A stretch of DNA of 50,624 nt, from positions 1-50,624 of IMG/VR virus record IMGVR_UViG_3300030392_002118. One strand, given 5' to 3'. This document shows, piece after piece, positions 36,032-44,695 of this stretch (the first letter of the stretch is position 1; the number at the start of each line of letters is the position of its first letter). The notes beneath the pieces are model-generated. The model saw only the letters and a list, made by a program, of their open reading frames with translations. It was not told where the DNA came from and did no database searches. This stretch comes from a virus (Duplodnaviria > Caudoviricetes). The position numbers and the translations under genes are program-made.

Positions 36032-36208
36032 ATGAATCAAAATTTTGAAACCTGGCAGGATGAGCTCCTCGCGGTAGACTCCTCAGAAAACCACAAGCAA
36101 ACGATTGCTGAAATCGAAATCTCAATTCTAGAAAGCCCCGCGGCAGATGACTGCGCCTTTCGCCTAAAGGCCTTTTGGCTATTGCGCCACCTGGCGCGCC
36201 TTGTGTAG
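36032..36208 (+). CDS. 58-aa hypothetical protein (not in the ORF track)
   Basis: MNQNFETWQDELL...RHLARLV with an A-rich leader. Confidence 0.55.
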   Translation: MNQNFETWQDELLAVDSSENHKQTIAEIEISILESPAADDCAFRLKAFWLLRHLARLV

Positions 36209-36268
36209 TAACATTATCTCCCCGATTTATTTTGCTATATTTATTCTTCTAACCTAAATACCTATATT

Positions 36269-36838
36269 ATGGAATACGCAATTATTGGGATTTTAATCCT
36301 CTGGGTGGTCTATCTTTACTCAAAGTTGAATGAGCTTAAAGCTGAATTAAAACAAAAACCTTATACGGAACCAGCACAAAATCAAACTGACTATAAAGAG
36401 TTTGAAAGAAAAAGATTAAAGGAACAGCAGGAATACGAAATTGAAAAAACTCTCAATCCTCCCTCTAAAAAGAATTCAGGCAATCCTAATTATGATATTA
36501 CCCAAGAAGAATTACTGCAGCATATGGGTAATAAAATACCACCACAATTTTTAAGACCAAAAAAAGATGTTGAAGAAAATGACAGCATTTTTTATAGAAA
36601 GAAAGTTTGCATTACTGGAAGCTTCTCGGAATTTCCAGTTAGAGCGGAATTAGCTGAGTATTTATGGAACTTGGGCGCTGATGTTGATACGCAAGTAGGT
36701 CCAACATTAGATTATTTAATTTGCGGGGATGGTGCCGGGCCATCCAAATGTTCTAAAGCTGAAGACCAAGGTGTAGAAGTTATTGAAGAAGACGAATTGA
36801 TTGAATTATTACCAAATTTTAAATCCAAATACTTATGA
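36269..36838 (+). CDS. Membrane-anchored BRCT-domain protein
   Basis: N-terminal TM; FYRKKVCITGSF...RAELAE...LGA...LDYLICGDGAGPSK..KA...GVEVI.E is a ligase/RFC-type BRCT. Confidence 0.85.
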   Translation: MEYAIIGILILWVVYLYSKLNELKAELKQKPYTEPAQNQTDYKEFERKRLKEQQEYEIEKTLNPPSKKNSGNPNYDITQEELLQHMGNKIPPQFLRPKKDVEENDSIFYRKKVCITGSFSEFPVRAELAEYLWNLGADVDTQVGPTLDYLICGDGAGPSKCSKAEDQGVEVIEEDELIELLPNFKSKYL

Positions 36839-37377
36839 AAAAAATTACATTTATTTTTTTATTGTGCAGCACTTTCATTTTTGCTCAGAACCAAGTGGAC
36901 CGTTTTGAAGCTACGGCTGAAGGATTTCCAAATTATGTGGTTCTGGAATTTCCGGATAAAACTGCCAATGAAATTTTTACCCAAGTCCAAAAATGGGCGC
37001 AATACAATCTTCGCAATTCTAAAGATGCCACTTATAGCGAAATCCAAAATGAGTATGTAGCATACTCTCTCTTTATTGATCGTGCATTTAAAGTAGATGC
37101 GTTTTATGGTATCGATTATGATTTGGAACTCCGAATTAAGGAAGGAAAGCTTCGCATAGATTTAAAGGTGAAATCTATGCCGCTGGATCCAATTTCTACA
37201 GGTGCAGATTTGACCTTCAGCAAAGGATTAAATTCAATGTTTAAAAATAACGGGGAACCAAGGACATTAAAGGACCGTCAAATGAAAAGACAGGCAATAG
37301 ATTATTTTGCTAATGGCTTGGTTGCTTCTATTGAAAATGCCTTCTACGGAAAAGCTGATGTTAAAAATGACTGGTGA
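36835..37377 (+). CDS. Secreted DUF4468-like protein
   Basis: Signal peptide (IFA-Q); PDKTANEIFTQVQKW...LELRIKEGKLRI. Confidence 0.65.
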   Translation: MKKITFIFLLCSTFIFAQNQVDRFEATAEGFPNYVVLEFPDKTANEIFTQVQKWAQYNLRNSKDATYSEIQNEYVAYSLFIDRAFKVDAFYGIDYDLELRIKEGKLRIDLKVKSMPLDPISTGADLTFSKGLNSMFKNNGEPRTLKDRQMKRQAIDYFANGLVASIENAFYGKADVKNDW

Positions 37378-37787
37378 TGGAATGGTTTGTTATTTTAATA
37401 CTGGCCTTTGTCTGTTTAGTTTTTATTTTTCTCGCCAATTCAGGAAAAAATGAAGCGTCGGTAAATGGTAAGGAAATCACAATAGATTTAACGCCGTACA
37501 CTTGGAAAGAAACATTTGAATTGGCAGGCGTTCATATTCCTGAAAGAAGGAATTATATTTTACAATTTGTAAAATGGAGACATCCAGTATTAATTTACCA
37601 CGAAAGCAATAATAGGTTTTCCAAACAGGCCTTGGCTGTTCAGCATACATCGGTTATTATCGGGTACGTTCCGGAATATATGATAACTGAGGTGCGCCCT
37701 CTTTTAGAAAAGAAGCATCAGGTTTTAATTGAAAGTGTAGATTTTTCAGGAGGTTATCTTGAAGTGAAAGTGAGTGTTTATTATTAA
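37374..37787 (+). CDS. Membrane-anchored HIRAN-domain protein
   Basis: N-terminal TM; FELAGVH...HESNNRFSKQALAV...IGYVP. Confidence 0.8.
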   Translation: MMEWFVILILAFVCLVFIFLANSGKNEASVNGKEITIDLTPYTWKETFELAGVHIPERRNYILQFVKWRHPVLIYHESNNRFSKQALAVQHTSVIIGYVPEYMITEVRPLLEKKHQVLIESVDFSGGYLEVKVSVYY

Positions 37788-37794
37788 ACGAGCT

Positions 37795-37967
37795 TTTGGG
37801 CGTTTATTTTAATTTTCTATCTTTGGAGTGCGTAACATCCCGTTCATACTTTAGAAGAAACAAATTAGCCCAGAGATGAGAGTTTAAGAAACTCATCCTT
37901 CACTAAACGGTGTTGTTACGCAGCGTCTCTGGGTGTATTTAATTTTTTTATCATGCGTAACAACACC
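37795..37967 (+). promoter_or_regulatory. Canonical promoter plus structured 5' leader with an anti-start-codon segment
   Basis: TTTG(37795)-N19-TATCTTTG(37818); 37909-37922 is complementary to 37954-37967. Confidence 0.65.
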
Positions 37968-38132
37968 AAGGGATTTTACCGAAACAAATCCGATTTAATT
38001 TCAATTGAAAACATAGAAGTGGACGCCGGTTCACTCTGGAAATTTGACGAGAATCAGAATTTATTAATTCTCGATGACGATGACCAATATGCAACCGCAT
38101 ATCTGGACGAAAATTTTGATCAAGCGCTTTAG
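37953..38132 (+). CDS. 59-aa acidic protein (not in the ORF track)
   Basis: MRNNTKGFY...LDENFDQAL between its own promoter and terminator. Confidence 0.6.
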   Translation: MRNNTKGFYRNKSDLISIENIEVDAGSLWKFDENQNLLILDDDDQYATAYLDENFDQAL

Positions 38133-38175
38133 ATTTTAAAAAAAATCCATTTGTTTGGATTTTTAAGTTGATGCT

Positions 38176-38208
38176 GCCCACTGCTTACTTCTCAGCAGTG
38201 GGTTTTTT
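38176..38208 (+). terminator. Intrinsic terminator
   Basis: GCCCACTGCT / AGCAGTGGGT plus T tract. Confidence 0.85.
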
Positions 38209-38209
38209 A

Positions 38210-38246
38210 TTGTCACAACTTTTCCCGTCCCTGTTTTCTAACATTG
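38210..38246 (+). promoter_or_regulatory. Late promoter 5 (tail)
   Basis: TTGTCACA-N21-TAACATTG directly after a terminator. Confidence 0.75.
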
Positions 38247-38264
38247 AGGTAAAATCTACCCTCA

Positions 38265-41200
38265 ATGGCAAAGCGAATAGTTGATGAAGAAATGCGGTTT
38301 ACCATCATCGTCAATGGCAATGATGCGCAAAAGGAACTTTATGATCTTGAAAAATCTACTCGCGAGCTCACAGCATCCAACAAAGAGTTAAGAGCCGAGC
38401 GCGCCAAGCTTCAAGCTGCAGGCAAACGAGGTTCTGAGGAATACAAAAGGCTATCTGCAGAAATAAAAGCTAATTCTGCAAAGATTGGTGAGAATAACTC
38501 CAAAATGAAAGCCTTGCGCGATCAGATTGGTATTACTGGCCTCACCATGGGGCAATTAAGAAAAGAGGCTACCATTCTCCGAATGCAGCTTCATAATATG
38601 ATTCCTGGTTCTGCAGAGTATAAACGTCTTGAGAATGATTTACAGCGTATCAATACGCGAATGGCAGAATTACGAAGAGGGTCTTCCGCAACGGAAGGCA
38701 CAATGTCTAAAGTAGCAAATAGCTTTAATAAGTACGCTGCCTTAGGTGCATCCATCATAGCTTCCTTTACCGGGATTGTATTGTCAATGCAAAAGGTCAT
38801 TGACTATAACGGCAAGCTTGCAGATGCGCAAAGTGACGTACAGAAAACAACCGGATTAACGGCTAAGGAAGTTGATAATCTATCCGCTTCCTTCGGTGTA
38901 CTGCAAACAAGAACTTCTAGAATTGATCTTTTAAAAATAGCCGAGGAAGGAGGGCGTATTGGTATTGCTAAAGATGAAATTGCAGATTTCGTTGCCATTA
39001 TGGATAAGGCTGTGGTGGCACTTTCTGATTCTTTCCCGGGGGGCGCTGAGGAAACCGCTGCTAAACTCGGTAAACTGAAACTACTGTTTAAAGAAACCAA
39101 GGATCTAAAAGTAGGTGAAGCCTATAACGCTATTGGTTCCGCAATAAACGATCTGGGTGCAGATGGTGTGGCCACTGAAAATAACATAGCGGAATTTGCT
39201 ACTCGATTAGGGTCAATGTCTGATGCTTTGAAACCAAGTATTGCAGATGCGCTAGCATTGGGAGCAGCTTTTGAAGAGTCCGGAATACAAGCAGAAATTG
39301 CCGCAAGGGCATATTCAATTATATTGAACCAGGCATCCACTGAAGCTTCAAAGTTTGCAGATGTAATGGGTTTGACAACCGAACAGGTTGAAGCCCTTAT
39401 AAATGAAAATCCATTAGAATTTATGATCAAGTTTGCTGACGGTCTTCGTGGTATGAACGCCACCGAAACTGCCCAAACACTTGACTATCTAGGAGTATCT
39501 GCAGATGGTGCCAATAAAGTATTGGGGGCAATGGCGAACAACCAACAGTTGTTCCGTTCCCGCCTGGAGCTTTCCAACCAATCTATGAAGGATGGTACTT
39601 CACTTATAAATGAATACAATGTAAAAAATAACAACTTGGCAGCCACCATGGAAAAAGTTTCCAAAGCATTTCAGGGAATGCTAGGAGGTAAGGCTGTATC
39701 AAACCTACTTACTGGTTTGGTTACCATTTTTGGTCGCTTGATTGGTGCAATTAAAGATGTTAACGAGGAAATTGATAAGGAGATCCAAGTTACTTACGAG
39801 TCAGCAAAAGCGAACAGGAAACTAGCAAATGAGAGTCAAAATCTTTTGGATCGATATGAAGAGCTCACGGCTGATGGAGTAGAACCCACGGCCGAGGCAA
39901 AAGAAGAATTGGATATAATTACTCTTCGCTTAAAGGATCGTTTGGGCGAATCTGTAATGGCTATCGATAAAGAGACCGGAGCTTATATTTTAAATACAGA
40001 TGCCGTAAGGGAGCAAATTAAAATGAAGCGTCTGGCTGCAGATGAAGAAGCATCCACACTTGCATCACGTCTAGTTGGAGTAAAGGAGGAACAAAAAGTT
40101 CTTGCCATTCGCCAAAGGGATGCTTTAAAGGAGTTTGAAAGCCGTAAAAAATTCTTTGAGAGTAAATATGCAGATGATATTGCCGAAATAAAAAATTCAG
40201 AAGTGCTTTCTCAAGTAGAAAAGCAAAAACTTCTTGAGCGTTTGGACGGCTATAAAGAACTCTATCAAGCACGTTCAGCCTATAACCAGGTCAATAAGGA
40301 AATAGAAATTCAATTAAACCGTGAGGCAGATTTAGTTGCTAAATTAAATGAATTGAATTTCACGCCGCAGGACGCAACCAATCTTATTTCTCCGGAGGAA
40401 ACTGGACCCAAAGAAGGTGACACCAAAGAAATGGGTGGCCAGACATTCATCTTTAAAAATGGTAAGTGGGAATTGGTGCGTGTATTCACGCCGCCAGGAA
40501 AAGATCCAAAACAAAAAGCAGAAAAGGATGAGAGTATTGAAATCCTGCGCCAAAACCTTCTTCTAAAAGCCCAACTTATTGACGATGCATTTCTAGCAGA
40601 GCTGGCAGTTTATGACACGCAGCATGATATAAAAATGCAAAAGCTTTCCGAGCAGTTGGTTACTGAAGGAAAGTTGACTGAAGACCAAATACGTAAAAAC
40701 GGAGCCATCCGTGCGCAGATGCGTTTGGAACAGGAACTTTATGAAAAAGATCGCGGTACTTTCATTATGAAAGGCCTAAGCGAACAATTTAAAGCTGAAG
40801 AGGAAAACTATCAACGTTCCAAAACCCTACGCCAAACCAAATATGCCGAAGAGTTAGCTGCCTATGCTGGCAATAAGGAAGCGCAAAAAGAACTGCGGGA
40901 ACTCCACCAAAAAGAAGAGTTAGAGGCAGAAGCCAAGCATTTGGAAGAATTGATTCGTCAATTCAACTTTATAATGAATGAAGGCAGTTTCGGCGGTTTT
41001 GATCTGGAAATACTTACCCCAGAGCAAAAGGCTGAAATGGAAAAGATGTTGGAAGACATCAAGCTAAAGCTCGCTGAAGTTGCCGCCGAAAAAGCGAACC
41101 TAAGTGGTTCAGGCGAATCTGATGGGCTCGATCTGGGAACTGGAGGAAAGATAGATATTTTCGGTTTCTCTGCTCAAGATTGGGTTGACACTTTTACCAA

Positions 41201-42089
41201 TTTAGATACGGTAGAGTCTAAAATAAATGCTGCTGGGCAGGCGGTGCAAGGTTTCTTAAATGCGTGGTCTACATATTATCAATATGTAAATGATAACGAG
41301 AACCGTCATTTAAGACAGTTTGAACGTAACCAAAATAAAGAAAGGACTAAGCTGAAAAACAATTTGGATTCTAAATTGATTAATCAGCGGCAGTATGATC
41401 AAGGAATTGCTGCTTTGGAAGCAGATATGGACAAGCGTAAGGCAGACCTTGAATACAAACAGGCAAAACGAGCTTGGAAAATGCAACTTGCCAATGCTAT
41501 TGCAACTGCAGCTATGGCTACTTTAAATGGATTTAACTCTACCCCTTTTCTTCCAGTAGGTTTAATTATGGGAGCTTTGGCTGCTACTTTAGGAACAATT
41601 CAAGTCGGCATAATTGCAAAAAATAAACCCGTACGTGGGTATGAGAGTGGATATTATCCAGACACTTTTCCTGTGGAGCGTGAACAAGATGGTAAGATTT
41701 TTAATGCTCGATATGGCGGAAGGCCAAAAAGTGGGATGGTTAAGGACCCAACTATATTAGTTGGGGAAATGCCCGAGCTCATCATCAGTAATCCAGATTT
41801 AAAAAGGATGAATCCTGACGTTATAAATTCAGTTGGCCGTGAAATTCGCCGTGTACGTGGGTATGAAACCGGTTATACTTCGCCTGCCGTAGAAAATGCG
41901 GGAAATGCTCCAGCTCCGTTACAGGATAACTCGGCTTTATTGGCAATGATAGCCGAAAACAACAAAATAATGCAAGATATTAAGGAAAAAGGGTTGAATG
42001 CCTGGCTAGTTCGCGATATGGAAAATGCAAAGAAGATGCAGGAAGATCTAGACCGCCTTAAAAAATACAAACAAAAAAGCGAAATATAA
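38265..42089 (+). CDS. Tail tape measure protein (TP901-type core)
   Basis: 1274 aa helical; DVQKTTGL...LLKIAEEGGRIGI...IGSAINDLG core. Confidence 0.92.
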   Translation: MAKRIVDEEMRFTIIVNGNDAQKELYDLEKSTRELTASNKELRAERAKLQAAGKRGSEEYKRLSAEIKANSAKIGENNSKMKALRDQIGITGLTMGQLRKEATILRMQLHNMIPGSAEYKRLENDLQRINTRMAELRRGSSATEGTMSKVANSFNKYAALGASIIASFTGIVLSMQKVIDYNGKLADAQSDVQKTTGLTAKEVDNLSASFGVLQTRTSRIDLLKIAEEGGRIGIAKDEIADFVAIMDKAVVALSDSFPGGAEETAAKLGKLKLLFKETKDLKVGEAYNAIGSAINDLGADGVATENNIAEFATRLGSMSDALKPSIADALALGAAFEESGIQAEIAARAYSIILNQASTEASKFADVMGLTTEQVEALINENPLEFMIKFADGLRGMNATETAQTLDYLGVSADGANKVLGAMANNQQLFRSRLELSNQSMKDGTSLINEYNVKNNNLAATMEKVSKAFQGMLGGKAVSNLLTGLVTIFGRLIGAIKDVNEEIDKEIQVTYESAKANRKLANESQNLLDRYEELTADGVEPTAEAKEELDIITLRLKDRLGESVMAIDKETGAYILNTDAVREQIKMKRLAADEEASTLASRLVGVKEEQKVLAIRQRDALKEFESRKKFFESKYADDIAEIKNSEVLSQVEKQKLLERLDGYKELYQARSAYNQVNKEIEIQLNREADLVAKLNELNFTPQDATNLISPEETGPKEGDTKEMGGQTFIFKNGKWELVRVFTPPGKDPKQKAEKDESIEILRQNLLLKAQLIDDAFLAELAVYDTQHDIKMQKLSEQLVTEGKLTEDQIRKNGAIRAQMRLEQELYEKDRGTFIMKGLSEQFKAEEENYQRSKTLRQTKYAEELAAYAGNKEAQKELRELHQKEELEAEAKHLEELIRQFNFIMNEGSFGGFDLEILTPEQKAEMEKMLEDIKLKLAEVAAEKANLSGSGESDGLDLGTGGKIDIFGFSAQDWVDTFTNLDTVESKINAAGQAVQGFLNAWSTYYQYVNDNENRHLRQFERNQNKERTKLKNNLDSKLINQRQYDQGIAALEADMDKRKADLEYKQAKRAWKMQLANAIATAAMATLNGFNSTPFLPVGLIMGALAATLGTIQVGIIAKNKPVRGYESGYYPDTFPVEREQDGKIFNARYGGRPKSGMVKDPTILVGEMPELIISNPDLKRMNPDVINSVGREIRRVRGYETGYTSPAVENAGNAPAPLQDNSALLAMIAENNKIMQDIKEKGLNAWLVRDMENAKKMQEDLDRLKKYKQKSEI

Positions 42090-42493
42090 TGTACGAGATT
42101 TTCACAACAGAAGAAGTTTTTGAAGACGGCAGTGCAAACATAGCCTGCAATCTTCTTCATCAAGCGCTTATAGATAATTTTGACGCCACAACCATAGCCA
42201 GTCATTTTTTTCTGACCGGGGCTGCGGCTAAGATGATACAAAACGATCCCGTAGAACAGGTAAAAGTTATATCATTCGGCACCGATGACGATGCCATTTT
42301 TAGTTTTTGCGAAACGTCCATATCACAGTCATTGGGTGCCCAGGGTGCTGTTAGATTTATAGATCAGTTACAGATAGTTTACAGCCCTACCATCTTTATA
42401 GAAATTTGGTTACTGCTCGCTCCTGGTGCGTTGGTAACCACCCAAGGCATAGTAATGCAGGATAAAGCAAATATTCCACCATATATTTTATAA
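42089..42493 (+). CDS. Hypothetical tail protein
   Basis: TAATG-coupled to the tape measure gene. Confidence 0.6.
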   Translation: MYEIFTTEEVFEDGSANIACNLLHQALIDNFDATTIASHFFLTGAAAKMIQNDPVEQVKVISFGTDDDAIFSFCETSISQSLGAQGAVRFIDQLQIVYSPTIFIEIWLLLAPGALVTTQGIVMQDKANIPPYIL

Positions 42494-42496
42494 ATT

Positions 42497-44695
42497 ATGT
42501 ACAATATACCACTCAATCCAGAACAGGAATTTAATATAAATGCTGCAAGTAAATTGCCACAACAAGGCTGGTCGTTCAACCCCAGATCGCCCTATAATGT
42601 AGTAAGCTTTATTGGCGGTATGGTGCCTGCTACAACAGATATAGATACCTACATACAAAATTATCTGCTCACCCACCCCGGCTATACAAATGTGTATATA
42701 AAGCTCTTTGTTGAAAATCCAATTATAAATGGAGTGCAGACAGAAGTATTAGTGGTTACCGGAGTTATAAAGGCGGCTACTGGATTGGGCTATGAAATTA
42801 CTGCCAATAACTTGAACGTAGATACCACTCTCATATTTACCACCAATAACATTCCAGAAGGCACATGGCAAACCCGTTTAAAATTTGAAGTGCGCGGCAA
42901 AAGAATGGATGAAAGCGTAGATATAATTGATACCGTTTATTACACTACAGAGGTAAAAAGGCTTAACAATAATCAGTTTGTGATATTGCCAGACCAACCC
43001 ATAAATCTGTCCTATCTCCTTGGTTCGCCCAACTATCCCTCCAGAACCGCAACTATATATGTAAATGGATCCTTTCAAGCAGTCGCCGGCAAGCATGTGT
43101 TGCTATCGGGGTCAAACTTGACCCTACAAAATGAGCTAAACGGGATTCGCACCTACGTTGGTAGTGGAACCCAAAGCATCACGTTTACGCTGGCTTCGAG
43201 TATAAACACAGAGCAGGACTATTTTTACGCTACAGACGCTACTTTTACCAAAGGCGCTTTTTCGCGCAGTTTGGCCATTAAAGCTACGCTCTATGGCAAT
43301 CAAGAACATACTGTAAACCCCGCGGCATTGCAGTTCTCGGCAATTAAGGGTATAGCAGAGGCAGATTTTAAAAGCTTCACGGTAAACGGCGTAGGCCTTT
43401 ACCAGATTACGAAACCAAATTGGCTTGAACTGGAGGGACCTGCGTTTGGTACAGATAGCAATACACACCGTATTAAACCAATTCATTCAGACAATCTAAA
43501 TGTTGGCACCTACACGGGCACCATAAAAGTAACGTCTGGAAGCGATATACATACCATTTCTGTTACTCACGAAGTATATTCACGCTTAAGAGTGGGCTAT
43601 TCCCCTTTCGGATTAAATTTTACAAGGGACCGGAACGGAATAACAGATATTTATGGAGGCCAAAACCAAAAAGCACTTATAGAAACAACTATTATCAATA
43701 ATGGTTTTGGCATTAATACAGAGCGCATTTTTGCATTTACAAAAGGCTTTTTCCAAAGCCGTTCGGAATTTTGGTTGGGCAAAATAATGGAGAAAACAAT
43801 TCCAAGACTTAAAAACCTTAATGATATAGGATTGCAGCGTTTGGTAAGCACCCCGTCGATAACGAACATAGAATACTCGGTTTTCAAAATGTATAACCCC
43901 AACATCGTAACGGCGCGTTACTCTCTATTTAATAGAGACACGGGAGATCAGGAGGCCGCCCACATTACACATCAAAATGTACGCTTCTTGCGAGGTAGAA
44001 AACCGGAACGTATTACAGATATGGCGGGTATTTTAGACATATTGGAGTCTCCTGTTCGTGTTACAAAAAACTCCTTTGCCTTTTTGCCCATTTGGTGGAA
44101 ATCTGGAGCTGCAAAAATAGCAATAAGAAGGAACGGCCTTTTAATTGGTACTATATATCCCGATTATGCAAACATCCAGTTCTTTCTTCTTCAATTGGAG
44201 TTTAGTAATTATACCCAGGGCGATGTTATTGAGGTAGAGCTGTTACCTAACGGTTTTGAGCAGAATGTAGCTTTAATTCAAGAGTACATAGTCTTTCCAG
44301 AAGGCAAAAATAGCTATCACATTGCTTGGGAAAATGAGCACGGTGCCTTACAGTTATTGGAATTTACGGGAGATTATCAATTCAAGAGCGAACATAAAGG
44401 AGTTATATCAATGACATTCGAGAGGTATTTAGAACGTCAGGAAAAAACAGGATCCGAAAGACTTCTTAAATTCTCCGCAAATACTGGATGGATTTTAAAG
44501 CAAAATCAAGAGCGGGTTGACAGCCTAATAGATGCAGATAGGGCGTGGATTATTTTTAATGATAATAAAATCCCAATCGCATTGGTTCCTGCCGATGCCA
44601 AGATCACTAATATCGATAGTGAAGCCGGCACGTATCAATATGAAGTAGAATTTACCATAAACCCAGATCATGAACTTGCAAATTATTCATTCTGA
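42497..44695 (+). CDS. Tail-tip protein with a BACON/Ig-like domain
   Basis: TVNPAALQF...PNWL...LNVGTYTGTIKV. Confidence 0.65.
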   Translation: MYNIPLNPEQEFNINAASKLPQQGWSFNPRSPYNVVSFIGGMVPATTDIDTYIQNYLLTHPGYTNVYIKLFVENPIINGVQTEVLVVTGVIKAATGLGYEITANNLNVDTTLIFTTNNIPEGTWQTRLKFEVRGKRMDESVDIIDTVYYTTEVKRLNNNQFVILPDQPINLSYLLGSPNYPSRTATIYVNGSFQAVAGKHVLLSGSNLTLQNELNGIRTYVGSGTQSITFTLASSINTEQDYFYATDATFTKGAFSRSLAIKATLYGNQEHTVNPAALQFSAIKGIAEADFKSFTVNGVGLYQITKPNWLELEGPAFGTDSNTHRIKPIHSDNLNVGTYTGTIKVTSGSDIHTISVTHEVYSRLRVGYSPFGLNFTRDRNGITDIYGGQNQKALIETTIINNGFGINTERIFAFTKGFFQSRSEFWLGKIMEKTIPRLKNLNDIGLQRLVSTPSITNIEYSVFKMYNPNIVTARYSLFNRDTGDQEAAHITHQNVRFLRGRKPERITDMAGILDILESPVRVTKNSFAFLPIWWKSGAAKIAIRRNGLLIGTIYPDYANIQFFLLQLEFSNYTQGDVIEVELLPNGFEQNVALIQEYIVFPEGKNSYHIAWENEHGALQLLEFTGDYQFKSEHKGVISMTFERYLERQEKTGSERLLKFSANTGWILKQNQERVDSLIDADRAWIIFNDNKIPIALVPADAKITNIDSEAGTYQYEVEFTINPDHELANYSF

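Noticed and set aside
37951-38181. 76-aa minus-strand ORF
   Set aside because: Promoter, leader and terminator all support the plus-strand 37953 ORF instead
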